The notes under the pieces were generated by a model. It had not been told where the DNA came from and searched no databases. It worked only from the letters and a program-made list of their open reading frames with translations. DNA of 64,000 nt from Octopus vulgaris (Eukaryota). Positions within the stretch are counted from its first letter, which is position 1; each line of letters starts with the position of its first letter. The stretch lies in contig OX597820.1 in assembly GCA_951406725.2 (NCBI GenBank), forward strand, positions 69,254,001-69,318,000, given 5' to 3'. This document shows, piece after piece, positions 15,883-30,252 of the stretch. The translations under genes were made by a program, and so were the position numbers.

Positions 15883-15924
<42 letters not shown>

Positions 15925-16217
15925 AATAATAACAACAGCAACAATAATAATAATTATAATTATTATTATCATTATTATTTCAAATTTTTGTCAAGAGGGC
16001 AACTTGTGGGAGATGGGGATGAGTTGATTACATCAAACCCCAGTGTTCAACTGGTACTTAATTTATTGACTCCGAAAGGATGAAAGGCAAAGTCGACCTC
16101 GGCGGAATTTGAACTCAGGACGTAGCGACGGGAGAATTACCGCTAAGCATTTCGTCCAGTGTGCTAACGATTCTCCTAGCTCACCGCCTTAACAACAACA
16201 ACAACAACAACAACAAC

Positions 16218-16271
<54 letters not shown>

Positions 16272-16680
16272 TTCATTTATTTGCCAAAAGGGCGAAGGAT
16301 GAGGGGTACAATGCAAAGACAGATATAAAGTGTGGGGGTTTACATGTAATGAAATGATAATAAAAAAAAAAGGCCTACAATTTTTCGGGGAATATTCGAC
16401 TGGTACTTATTTTGACGGCCCAGGAAAGACTAAAAGCGAAAACAATCTCCACAGTATTTGAACACAGTACGTCAAGAGCAAGAAGAAATGACGTTCTAAT
16501 AAGTCTGCCAGCTCACCGACTTAAAATTGCTTCAAATTTTTGACACAAGGCCAGTTAATTTTAGTGGTAGGTGGTTGGTCGATTTATGGACCCCAATGCT
16601 CAAGTGGTACTTATTTTATCGAACCCAAAATGATGAAGAGCAAAGTCGACCGTGGTAGGGTTTTGAGCTTAGAATGTTAA
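15675..16680 (-). mobile_element. Cluster of about four head-to-tail SINE family B copies interleaved with (AAC)n/(AAT)n
   Basis: Repeated ggtacttattt...aaagtcgacc...ggaatttgaactcag...ctgccagctc blocks at about 15680, 15985, 16395 and 16535. Confidence 0.8.
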
Positions 16681-17784
16681 GAGTTCATTCGTGTTAAGCA
16701 GTAGTTTTTCTTAGGTGTGTTGATGAAACAATCAGAAAAAAAAAAAACATTCCTTCTACCTTTAATCCATATAAAATTTCTTGTTTATCTTTAATTCATA
16801 GACAAGGACATCTTAAAACAATTTTCGTTATCAAAAGAAAAAAAAAACTATCTATGTTTCTAAATTATCTGTAACCTTCCATTTTGAGGCTATTCGCTTG
16901 CATGTGAATGCGGAAAGACAATTTCATTTATTTATTACATTTTTTTTACGTATCTTCCCTTTTCTCTAACCCCCACCCAACATTTTTTCATTCCTTCTTT
17001 TTGTTGTTTTTCTTTTGTTCTTTACAATTTTCACTGGAAATAATTGGTGCTAAATAAGAAAAGGGGGAAGAAAAAGAGGAAATAAAAGATTATTTAGAAT
17101 AAAGATTATCTCTTAAGGTAATCTGTTCACCTTTACTTTTTTTTTTAATTTTACGTTCCTTTTGTTCGATACACAGCATGTGATGAGGCTTCAAAGTAAG
17201 CTTAATTATAGGTAAGTGGCAGTATTGGCCTGTTAACTCAGGTTTACAGGTAACAAATAACATAGCTTTACAGTCGACGTTCGCAGCTGTCCCACGAGAA
17301 TGACCTCCCTTTGCTATGACGTCATTATTTACAATGTCCATAACTATTTCTTATAAGAGATAAAACGTTAGATAAAGATGCCGTTTGAACAGGAAATATG
17401 GACATTCGAGCTTTAGGAGGTTACTGGGATAAGCATATGTGAAGAATGATAAACATATATGAAATATTACATATACACGAGATTGTGTAGCGTATGACTA
17501 GATATACGAATACATACGCATTTTTATCTTCACGTACGTACATATGCGAATAAGTGTTAAGTGAGTGTGTGTGTTTGCTTGTGTGAGTAAACATGAATGT
17601 TGATGATGCACATCGTCATCCTTGCACAAGGGTGACACTTACTTGAAACTATACGCAAATACTTATAATGCAAGCACAGAAACACAACAGACTGTATATC
17701 GCAATACCTACAAAATATATCAGCGTGTGCAAAGTCAAATATACACGTGTACGTATGTTCAAATAGAGACAGGTACACACGCAC

Positions 17785-17844
<60 letters not shown>

Positions 17845-17938
17845 GCTTGTGTATGTATGTAACTATATACCTATATATATATATATCTATATATCTATCT
17901 ATATATATATATATATATATATACATGTACATGTATCT

Positions 17939-17979
<41 letters not shown>

Positions 17980-18839
17980 ATATATATATGCTTGTGTATA
18001 TGTGTGTGTATATATGTACGTGTATATATATATATATATATGTATGTACACGTAAATATATATGTATATATATATGTGTGTGTGTATGTGTGTGTGTGTG
18101 TACGCGTATATGTGTTTGTGTTTGTGTACACATACGCATAATTACATATACAGAAAAAGAGAAAGACAACAGAGAAATAAATGAATACATAGATAAAGAT
18201 AGTTAAAGAAATTCCCATTTTAGCCAAATCTTATTACTCGGTATAAATTTGCCTTTTGACCTGCAAGATGGATTAATTACTAAAATAAGCAACAGTCCAC
18301 TCAATCATGCCTTTGTTGATCTTTCTCCAAGCTATATGTCTACATTGCAATTTCTGTAGATTTTGCTGAAGGAACCATCTGCCTTCCGATATTGATGTGC
18401 GAGAGAAGTAGTGGAAGAAAGAGAGTCACTGAGCAAGTGAGCGAGAGAGAGGGAGATTTTACAGTGTGTGTGTATGTGTGTGTGTGTGTGTTTGTGTGTT
18501 TGTGTGTATGTGTGTGAGAGAGAGAGAGAGAGAGTCTGTATTGAAAACAATGAAAAAGAATGTAGCGTGTATGTGTAAGTGTACATATTTTTCTCTTTGT
18601 GTATATGCATGTATGCGTGTAAGTACATATATAAGTAAATATGTGTAAACACTCACATACACGCACACACACACAAACGCACAAACACGCACACACATGC
18701 AAACGCACAAACACACACACACACACACACGCACACACACACGCATATGTATACATACAGGCATATATATACATATAAAAATAGATCGATAAACACACAT
18801 AGATATGTTTATGTATATGTGTGTGTAAATTCACATAGC

Positions 18840-18891
<52 letters not shown>

Positions 18892-20706
18892 TCACACATA
18901 TATATATACATATATGTACTTATATTTACACACAGACATATACGTATACGCACACATACATCTATGTATGCATCTATACATGAATGTTTGTATGTGTATA
19001 GAAATAAAGATATGCATACCACCACAAAATTGACGTTTGAATAGACAGAAAGATAGAAAAATATTGTGTGAAATAGTTGAGAAAGAGAACAAAAGATTGT
19101 GTGAGAAATGAAAAATATAGCAGAAATAGAAGTTAATGGGTGTCAGAGGATGAGAGCGAGTGTGAGGAAGAGAGAAGTGGCATAAAATTGTTTATATTGT
19201 TGTCGTTGTAATTATAGCTTATATCCCCGAAGATCAATCATTGGGATATGTTCGCTCTTTCATAAATAAATTAAAGATATATAGGTGAAGGGAATAGTCG
19301 AGTATGGAAAATTAGCACCCCTGCGCACGCATACACGAGCGTACATGCACTCACTTACACTGACATATAAGAATGCACATACATGCATTCTTACACTCAT
19401 GCACGTATAACACATACATACATTCATATATCTATATCTGTATATATATGTGTGTGTATTTGTGTGTGTATGTGTGTGTGGATATATATATGCACATACA
19501 CATGCTTATGTGTGTCTGTATATATGCCGTACTTTGTCTGTCCCTCTGTATCTCTCTCTCTCTCACTCACTCTAGACACACACACACACACTCTCTCTCT
19601 TTCTCTCTCTCTCTCACACACACACACACTCTCTCTCTCTCTCTCACACACACACATAAACACACACACGTGTGTGTGTAAAATATATTTAGAATTATTG
19701 ATAAGAAACATGGTATGCGCTTACAAAATTTCATGAAAAATTGCCAAATTCGAAACCAGCAGAAAAATTCTTCTAAATATATTGTTTAAAATACGGAAGG
19801 CTTCATCTCAGTTTTTAGGCATCGATGCTTACCTAAGAGTCACTAGATATTTCAAGACTGCATAATTTCTAAAGGTGCTATGCAGTTGAATATGCAGAAG
19901 CACTTTTAGAAGTGCATCCACTTTATCATATAACGACCAGATTATATGTAACCAAATATGTCCTGAAACAATAATTAAGGAAAGAAATAAATGAATATTT
20001 TCAAATAGTTGGCTTGCTACCCCCCCACAAAAAAAAAGCAAAAATGAATGACACGTAAAGCAGACCAGGAATAGGTATCACAAATAGCGATGAAAGATTT
20101 TGTAAAACCTAGTTGTTAGATTTATTGGCCAGACTAGAATTCATATAAACGATTAGATAAAGATTGATTAAACAAGTGATGCATAAGATCAAGAAGTGAA
20201 ATAGTACCAATTATTGGTATAATGACCCATACAAAATACTTCAAAATATTTCAACACACGAATTAATTTCAAGAGTCCTGCAAATCAAATACAAAGTCGA
20301 AAACTTCGAGACTATAGTTTAAATATCATGCTTGATATTCTGATGATAATTTGCTTTTTCAGAGAGAAACTAAGTTACACTCTGATCGAGTTAACTAACA
20401 TATTATGAAATTCGTACATAGCATACAATCAACCATTTTAAACATGGCCTTCCTCTCTTATCAGAAAGATAGTTGCGTTGTGTTTTAGAATTTTTAAATC
20501 TGAGATTTTATCTTCGTCCTTACCGTAGATGAAACGAACTGCCGCATAAAGGCTAGAAATCGAAACCTCATCGTCTGATGTTTTTGAGAGATTCGTGTAC
20601 TACGGTGACTCCTCTTAATCTGCCTGATTTCTTGTAGCACTGGAAATCAAATGAATTACTGGCACACTTTGCGTGGAAACTGAAAAGAACGCCTGAAAAT
20701 TAAATG

Positions 20707-20870
20707 GGCGTAGGAGTGGCTGTGTGGTAAGTAGCTTGCTTACCAACCACATGGTTCCGGGTTCAGTCACACTGCGTGACACCTTGGGCAAATGTCTTCT
20801 ACTATAGCCTCGGGCCGACCAAAGCCTTGTGAGTGGATTTGGTAGACGAAACTGAAAGAAGCCCGTCGTA

Positions 20871-20912
<42 letters not shown>

Positions 20913-20913
20913 C

Positions 20914-20950
<37 letters not shown>

Positions 20951-21147
20951 TGTGTCTGTCTTTGTCCCCCAACATCGTTTGAAAACCGATGCTGGTGTGT
21001 TTACGTCCCCGTAACTTAGCGGTTTGGCAAAAGGGGCCGATAGAATAAGTACTAGGCTTACAAAGAATAAGTCCTGGGTTCGATTTGCTCGACTAAAGGC
21101 GATGCTCCAGCATGCCCACAGTCAAATGACTGAAACAACTAAAAGAG
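20707..21147 (+). mobile_element. SINE family A, full-length copy
   Basis: ggcgtaggagtggctgtgtggtaag head through gtcaaatgactgaaacaactaaaagag tail. Confidence 0.9.
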
Positions 21148-21444
21148 TTTTTAGAAATAATATTGCTAATGAATATATCAACATTAAGAATAACATATTT
21201 TCCAAATCACGTAATCATTATCGTATGGTTTGTTTATGGTCGTAAATAATACCTTAAATATCATAACCGTGACAGACCATTTATACCAAAGATTAGCTCT
21301 ATATATCTGAAGAAGAGAAAAGGCAGCTTTAGATTCTTCCTAAAATCTTTTGGTTACACAATAAATTATGGAAATAAAGAAAACTACCATGTCTTCAGAA
21401 ATTGCTTACCAGACCAGGTTTGAATAGCCAACATTACAGACCCT

Positions 21445-22349
21445 TACCACTACCACCATCCAATCATCATCATCATCATCATCATCGTAGTCGTCGTCTT
21501 CATCACCAGCACCCCACAACCACCGCCACCACCACCACCATCATCATCATCATTATCATCATCATCACTATCACTATCACCCACCAGCAACATCATCATC
21601 ATCATCAATGCCACCATCATCATCACCAGGGACATCGCCATCATCATCGTCTTTGATATCATCACCACCACTATCCGATCATCATCATCATCGTTGTCGT
21701 CGTCGACATCATCATCATCAGCAGCAGCACCACCACCACCACCACCACTATCATCATCATCATCATCACCATCACTAGCATCATCAGCAGCAACGTCACC
21801 ACCTCATCATAATTATCATCACCAGCAACGTCGCCGCCTTCGTCGTCGTTGGCATCACCACCACCGCCACCACCACCATCGTCTGCTCCCCCATCTTCCT
21901 CAATATCGTCGTAACCTCCTCCTCACCAAACCAAATGATTCAATTAGATCTCTTCCACCAAAAGACCTAACACGAAATTGCCAGCAATATGTGATATTTG
22001 TTGGCTGATTCCATCTACGAATACACACTTTCTACTGTGTCAAGGCAACACATCCTACATACACTAATTTCAATGTCGCGTTGCTTGCTATTCACACCTG
22101 ACTACTTCATTAACAGGTGTGTTATTTAAATATAGTTTTTTTTTTAAAAAAGCAAAAAAAAAAAGAAATAAAAATGAATAAAGAAAACGTCAAATTCTTA
22201 CAAACCTACACACAAAACAAAACGATAATCATCGAGTGACACTTCATTAATCACGTGCAAGATAACTTGATCTAGATAACGACAGTTCAGTCTGAGTTTA
22301 ATCAGTCGATCATCATCATCATCGTCATCATCATCATCATCATCATCAT

Positions 22350-22389
<40 letters not shown>

Positions 22390-22660
22390 TCCGTCATCAC
22401 CATCATCATCATTAAAATCGTCGTCGTCGTCATTATCATAATATTCATCATCATTGCTATCATCATCATCATCATCGTCGTTCGTCGTCGACGTCCTCTT
22501 CCTCGTCGTCGTCGTCTTCTTCGTCGTCATCGTCGTCGTCGTCATTATCATCGCCATCATTGTCGTCGTCATTGTCATCATCAGTATTATCATCATCGTC
22601 ATTAACATCATCAACATCGACGTCGTTGTCATCATCATCATCAGCATCATCATCATCATC
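21445..22660. repeat. Degenerate (CAT)/(CAC)/(CGT) trinucleotide tracts (two blocks)
   Basis: Blocks at about 21445-21900 and 22305-22660. Similar tracts occur at 14550-14890, 31230-31335, 37580-37800 and 50945-51610. Confidence 0.93.
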
Positions 22661-22729
22661 ATATCTTATGTGTTCGTCGCTGTCACCTTCTACAGCAACA
22701 GCAGCTACAGTAATATTCCTCTCTACTTT

Positions 22730-23171
22730 AAGCACAAAGCCAGAAATTTTGGGAACGAGGCAAAACGATTATATCAACCCAAATGCTCAACTGGTACTAA
22801 TTTCATCGTCTCTAAAAGGATGGAAGGCAAAGTCCACATCGGCGGAATTTCAGCTCAGAATTTAAGGACGGACGAAATGCGGTCAAGCACTTTGTTTGGC
22901 ATGTTAATTTTTCTGCCACCTCACCGCCTTAATAACAATAATAATAATAATAACGGTGATGTCAAATATTGGCACAAGGCCAGAAAATTGAGGGTGCTCA
23001 ATTGGTACTCAGTTCGTACACTCGATTCCAGTGCTCAATTGGTACTCATTTTATCAGCCTCGAAATGAGAAAAAGTAAAGTTGACCTCGGCGGAATTTGA
23101 ACTCAGAACGTAAAGACGGACGAAATGCCACTAAGCATTTTCCGGCGTGCTAACGATTCTGCCAGCTCGCC
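22730..23171 (-). mobile_element. Two tandem SINE family B copies
   Basis: Family B blocks at about 22730-22930 and 22965-23171. Confidence 0.8.
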
Positions 23172-23301
23172 CAGTTTCATGACTGTGTCGGTAAAATAAT
23201 GCATTTGGATGTTAGTTTAGTGTGTTGATTCAAATTGGCAGAGAAAATGATATGAACAGGAGACAAAGACTATGAAAATGAAGAAAAATTACAGACTTAC
23301 A

Positions 23302-23468
23302 GGCGTTGGAGTGGCTGTGTGGTAATGAGCTTGCTTACGAACCACATGGTTCCGGGTTCTGTCCCACTGCGTGGCACCTAGGGCAAGTGTCTTCTACTAT
23401 AGCCTCGGGTCGACCAAAGCCTTGTGGGTTGATTTGGTAGATGGAAACTGAAAGAAGCCCGTCGTATG

Positions 23469-23523
<55 letters not shown>

Positions 23524-23749
23524 GCATGTGTGTGTATATGTTTGTATCTCTGTGTTTGTCCCCACCAACATCGCTTGACAATCGATGCTGGTGTGTTTAC
23601 GTCCCCGTAATTAGCGGTTCGGCAAAAGGGACCGATAGAATAAGTACTAGGCTTACTAAAAATAAATCCCGGGGTCGATTTGCTCGACTAAAGGCGGTGC
23701 TCCAACATGGCCACAGTCAAATAACAGAAACAAGTAAAAGAGTAAAAGA
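23302..23749 (+). mobile_element. SINE family A, full-length copy
   Basis: Same head, internal microsatellite and tail as 5285-5690. Confidence 0.9.
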
Positions 23750-24064
23750 AGTAATTTTATGAGACTTCACAAAGACTGACCATGGTTTGAGGTATGAAGA
23801 CTAGCTATGACTGTAGAGTAGAGAAGAACTCTAGTGCTATAAGGCCATAGACTTTGCACTACCATACTCTTTTACTCTTTTACTTGTTTCAGTCATTTGA
23901 CTGCGGTCACCCTGGAGCACCGCCTTTCAGTCGAACAAATCGACCCCAAGACTTATTCTTTGTAAGCCTAGTAATTATTCTATCGGTCTATTGTGCCGAA
24001 CGTCTAGGTTGTCAAGCGATTGTGGCGGAAGGACAAACACAGACACATAATTATATATATATAT

Positions 24065-24397
24065 AATCAAAATAGGCAACAAGAATATCCAGAAGTAATG
24101 CAGTACGATCGTTTCATGCAACTCCATTTAATTGAACAATGCAATCTTTACATCAATTTAAAATGTATAGCGATCCTCAGTTGCACAAAGACATAGACTT
24201 TAATTAGATTAGAACAGGGAGTATAATTATACTAATATGACCATCTGTTGTAAATTAATTAAATTATATGTCTTTGTGTAGCGGAAGATTGCTCTACATT
24301 TTAAATTGATGTAATGATGGCATTGTTCAATTAAATGGAGTGGCATGAAACGATCGTACTTCATTACCTCTGAATATCCTTGTTGCTTATTTTGATT
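24065..24397. repeat. Long inverted repeat (153-bp arms, 27-bp spacer), likely a Penelope-like inverted pseudo-LTR remnant
   Basis: 24065-24217 aligns without gaps to the reverse complement of 24245-24397, with about 19 mismatches counted by hand. Confidence 0.92.
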
Positions 24398-24473
24398 TTA
24401 ATCACCTTTGAAATTGTATGGATAATGCCGTACTAAATTCTGATGCCTCAACTTAAGTACCATATTCATCTGA

Positions 24474-24658
<185 letters not shown>

Positions 24659-24832
24659 GCGACGGACTCCTTTCAGTTTCCGTCAACCTAATCCACTCAC
24701 AAGGATTTGGTCGGCCCGAGGCTATAGTAGAAAGCATTTTCCCAAGGAGCCATGCTGTAGAACTGAACCAGAAACCATGTGGTCGGGAAGCAAGCTTCTC
24801 ACCACACAACCACATAGAGTTCATACCAAAGT

Positions 24833-25088
24833 GAGAAATATCAAGACTCGTCTAGGGAGATGAAAAGACTGTGGAACACAAAGGCGACAGGTTTTCTCGC
24901 TGTAATTAGTGAAACTGCTACCTAAGGAGCTGAAGTATACTGGAATTGAAACATGCATTATTGCCCTGAAGAAATGTGGCATTCTGGGTTTTACAAAAAT
25001 AATAAGAAAGATTCATGATGTTTGTGGAGACTTGTTGCCAAACCTCATGATGAATTCCCTTCTCACTAGATCATTATGTGCTAGTTTT

Positions 25089-25092
<4 letters not shown>
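24833..25092 (+). mobile_element. 3' end of an R4/Dong-clade LINE followed by (AAT)n
   Basis: Reads EKYQDSSREMKRLWNTKAT and, after a frameshift, LKKCGILGFTKIIRKIHDV. This resembles the KYQDL..E..RLW...LQK..LLGT..I.RK.L C-terminus of this clade. It ends directly in a TAA repeat. Confidence 0.72.
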
Positions 25093-25145
<53 letters not shown>

Positions 25146-25775
25146 TTAATAATAATACAATTATGACAAATATCTAAAAACACTGCTACTGATGATGATG
25201 ATGATGATGACGATGCTTGTAGTGATGGCTCTTGTCGTGAAGATCATGATGATATTGGCGCAGGTAGTATCTGTAGTGTGGTTGCAGTGTTGTGATAGCG
25301 TCGAATGTAGTTGTGGTGATGACGGTGGTGTAGAAGATGATGTTTATGATTGTTTGTCGATGGTGTTTGTTTCTGATATTGAAAGTGTTAGTTGTTATAT
25401 TTTGTATTAGTGGCAACATATGTTTGATAATACTTCAGAGGTTTGGCAGAAACGGTAAATCTTATCGCAATGATAGATAGATAGTAGTAGTAGTAATAGC
25501 AGCAGCAGCAGCAGCAGCGACAACAGTAGTTTTATAGACCACTTCTATCTTTTTAACTAAGCGCTCCACCTTATTAACAAAGAATAAGTTACTTTTATAG
25601 ACAAGCCGTAGGGCTTTTTGCATTTTATAACATTGATGATGATGATTATGATAAGAATACTAAGAAAAACAATAATAATAATAGTAATAATAAAAATACT
25701 TAGCATTATTATTATTCTTTCAATTTGAATTTAAGATACCGCTTTTTAATTTTTTTTATTTCTAATCTTATTACA

Positions 25776-25840
<65 letters not shown>

Positions 25841-26495
25841 TCTTCTTACTATTATCATATAGGATTAATTTTTCTTTTTTCTTTTTCATTTTGTTTTATG
25901 GAAGGAGCTATTTTTGCATGACCTGCTTGTTGAGTTGTTATTTTATTCAACAGAATAAGAATCCATTTTATTCTACAGGAAGAAAAAGAGGAAAATTTCA
26001 AAGTAGTGGGAGAGGGGAGGGGGAAATTTAAAAAAAAAAACAATAAAACAAGCAAAAAATCAAAAACATCATAAAGTAAAATCATTTGAGTTTTTTTTTT
26101 TTTGAAAGAATAAAACAAACTTAAAAGAAAAAAAAATATTGAGCAGCACTTCTATATATTCAACTCAGTAGAAGGCTTCTCATGTATTTTTTTACTCCCT
26201 TCAAATTCTTAGTAATTGTATAAATCTTACTGCTTCAGATTTGTTATTTAACTATAACAAAGCTAACAAAATCTTTTATTCCATTTTTTTGTCTATTTAT
26301 TAACGTTTCTGTTGTTATTTTTATTATTTTTATTATTATTATTATTATTGTTACTGTTAGTTTTCTTTTATTTGCTATTTTCTTTACGTTCGATTTTTGC
26401 TAAATATTTGATTCCAATAACTAATAACATTCTTGCATGACAATATATAAATGTGTGCGCGCGTGTAAGTGCATATACATACATACATACATATA

Positions 26496-26594
<99 letters not shown>

Positions 26595-26620
26595 ATACAC
26601 ATATATACATATATATATAT

Positions 26621-26678
<58 letters not shown>

Positions 26679-26844
26679 GTGTATATATAGATATATATGT
26701 ATGTGTGTACGAATGAATGTATAATTTTTTCTTTTTCACTGATTGTTCACCATACCTTTCGGGCTTTTAGGAAGACTGGGTTTCGCTGATCATTTTTTCA
26801 GGTTGTCATGTCTCTCTGTTTCTCCCTCTCTGTTTATCTTCTGC

Positions 26845-26883
<39 letters not shown>

Positions 26884-26889
26884 CTGTAG

Positions 26890-26956
<67 letters not shown>

Positions 26957-28599
26957 TACGTACACATAAACATATATAGATGTGCCTAATCTTTTATCCT
27001 ATTTCATTTATTTTTACTGCAAAATTTCAAAGATCATGTCCATCATATTACACTTTAAAGTTTTGCGTTTAACCTAGACATTGTATGAATGTGTGTATGA
27101 GCGTTCACGTGTGTGTTTGTGTATGAGTGTGTGTGTGTGTGTGTGTATGTGTTTGTGTCTGTTTGTGCATCTGTGAGTGTGTGTGTGCGTGTGTGCAGGT
27201 GTGTGAGTCAATGAGATTTTGCATGTGCGTGTACGCGTGTCCTCAAAAACAGGACAGAAAAGCGGGAGGAATTTTGATGAAAACAAAGTGAAGTTAGCAT
27301 TACGAATGGAAGTTAGTATTCTGAGAAAACTAAACACCACAATCAATTTAATCTTGTAAGTCATCTTATTTTGAACGTTGTTTTTCTCTCACTCACTCTC
27401 TCTCTCTCATACACACATACACATACACAAACACACCCCGTTTTTAGTCTTAAGTTAATTTTTAATTATAGCACATTCGGAATAACATCGCGAATGCAGG
27501 TTACTCACAAACATAAAAGAGACAATAAATGAGAAGCTGTGATGTTTATGCTTCTTTTTATGTTATTCACATCAGAAATGAAACCATTTGCAAGTGAAAA
27601 ATCGAACCGAAATTATGCCGCTAATTCTATTATTTCCACGGCACTTCCACACATATCATACCAACCCACTTGCCTATGAAGAGTAACAAATAATAATAAA
27701 TGATTGTTGGTCGTTGAAACAAAATCTTCTCCAATGAGTTGTTCTACTATTCCCCATTGGCATAGCTCCAATATTTGTCAAATTTCTCAACAGGACTGCT
27801 ATTTACACTGCTTTCGAACGAAGCCAGTTGTGTATTATGAGACCAACTTTTAGGCTGGTCAAATAGCCAGGCCAGTTAAACAAGGAAAAATCTTGCTAGT
27901 ACAACTTGGCCTCAGTACATAGGGATCAAAGTCCAATAGTGACTGCATGAAGAAAAGTCTTTTTATCTGGCTTGTAGCCAAACATTTTCTCTTTATCGAA
28001 AATACTCTATCCGTACACAATTGGCGTTCGTTTGACAGTACTGATTTAGATCTAAGCCCTATTAGTGTGGCACTATTGTGGTATACATTCTCAACCAATG
28101 ACACAGTAAACCTATAGGGTGATGGGTTCATTAATCTTCAATACCAAAGAAACCCGTTCAATAAATTAGTTTAGTGTCATGAATGAAAAGTGATGAATGT
28201 CGTTAGATTGAGTCATAGAGTCATGTTGATAGGAAAAGACTAAATCAAAATTTCGCATCTAACCTTAAATTCTCTTAAGAATTCAACCGTTAATATACTT
28301 AGATATTGATATTACTATCTACTGCAACTTTCACTCGAAATTAATAATTATTTCCTTCGTTTCAATATTGTGTGGCTTGTCATTTTTTTTCTTATCCTCT
28401 ATAGAGTTGTTTAGAACGATGTTTAGTTATTTGATGGGATTACTTCTCTATCATGTTGCAGTTCATGTCTTTGCTTTCTTTTTCTTTTTTTTTTTCTCAT
28501 TTTAATGTTACTATGAATCTGTTTAATAATATTTCCATGTCATCACAGATGTGACGCCAAAGAAAATTGATATTATCATCTCGTACATTCATACAACAG

Positions 28600-28642
<43 letters not shown>

Positions 28643-28643
28643 A

Positions 28644-28708
<65 letters not shown>

Positions 28709-29201
28709 TTACAGATTTATATCTTTATACACATTCACTCACACACATATAAACAGAGAGAGAGATTATGTTTAAAGATATGCAAATAAATATGTGTATA
28801 ATTGTGTGTATACAAGCATAATCATGGCTGTGTGGATTTGGCTTTCCAACAACATCAATCCAGGTTCAATCCCGATGCTCACGGGATCTTGTGTAAGTGA
28901 TTTTTTTCTGTAGCTTCGGTTTAATCATTCACTTGTTGACGAAACTTGGGGAGGCTTGACTGTGCAAAAAGCCCATAGCATATACATACGGGAAGTTTGC
29001 TTCCCAAATACGTGTGCAATTTTAGGAAAGCAAGGCTACATTGCAGACATTTGTATGTTTATATACATATATCTATATGTGTATGCATATATATATACAC
29101 ACATATATATGTATATATATATACATATGTATGCATATATACATATATATATATGTATATATATGTATATATATACATATGCATGTATATGTACATACAT
29201 A

Positions 29202-29243
<42 letters not shown>

Positions 29244-29319
29244 TTATGGTATATATACATATAATCGATTCTTTATATGCTACTGGTCTTAATTGATAAA
29301 TATCAATTTCTACCCTTAA

Positions 29320-29389
<70 letters not shown>

Positions 29390-29601
29390 CATATGTATAC
29401 ATATATACACATATACACATATATACATATATATATATGTATATACATGTATATATATACATATATATGCATATATATACATATATATACATAAATTTAT
29501 ATATATACATATATATATACACACACATATACATATTCATATATACATATATACACACATATACACATACACATACATACATACTTACATATGTACATAC
29601 T

Positions 29602-29648
<47 letters not shown>

Positions 29649-30220
29649 GAAATGCATTTGCTCAAAAGTCTTTTCAATCCGAGTTGACCATGGAACTAAA
29701 TAATAGCTACAATAAACAACATCGCATTCAGCATCAGCATTTTCAACAACAATATAACAGCAACAGCGGCTACGTGAACAAAACGCACTCGTATTACTTA
29801 TAAATTTCTTGCCATGTGTCAAAGAAAAAGTAAGGAATAATTAAATTTGGTATTTAATTAATTAAGCGTTATTCTGGTCAGATATCTAAGATTTTTATTT
29901 CTGTTTTTTTTTTTTTTTCTTAATTATTTTTTCTTTAATACGTTTTCTCAATCATTTCTTAGCTGACATTCTAATCTATTCCACGTAATTAAACAACGGC
30001 CGTTCTTAAAATACGCTGCATACCTAGTTTAGTTTGGTCGACTGATTCACATAATGTATTTAATCAGTTAAAGTTTACATCAATAGACGCTGAAAGTCAA
30101 ATTTCGCTGTTATTTACTGTTCCAAAACAATAGTAGAAAAAGAAGAGAAAAGGCGTAAACTGTTCACATTTGAACAGTAAGTTACACAATGGAGCAGTAC
30201 GTTAAATAAGACTGTTTGTT

Positions 30221-30252
<32 letters not shown>

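Noticed and set aside
20524-20640. Minus-strand exon-like segment with a GTAAGG donor
   Set aside because: The open frame gives no recognisable peptide, and there are several equally weak acceptors.
26770-26815. Minus-strand ctga...tcagcGAAACccaGTC, hammerhead-like
   Set aside because: The core CUGANGA and stem I are absent.
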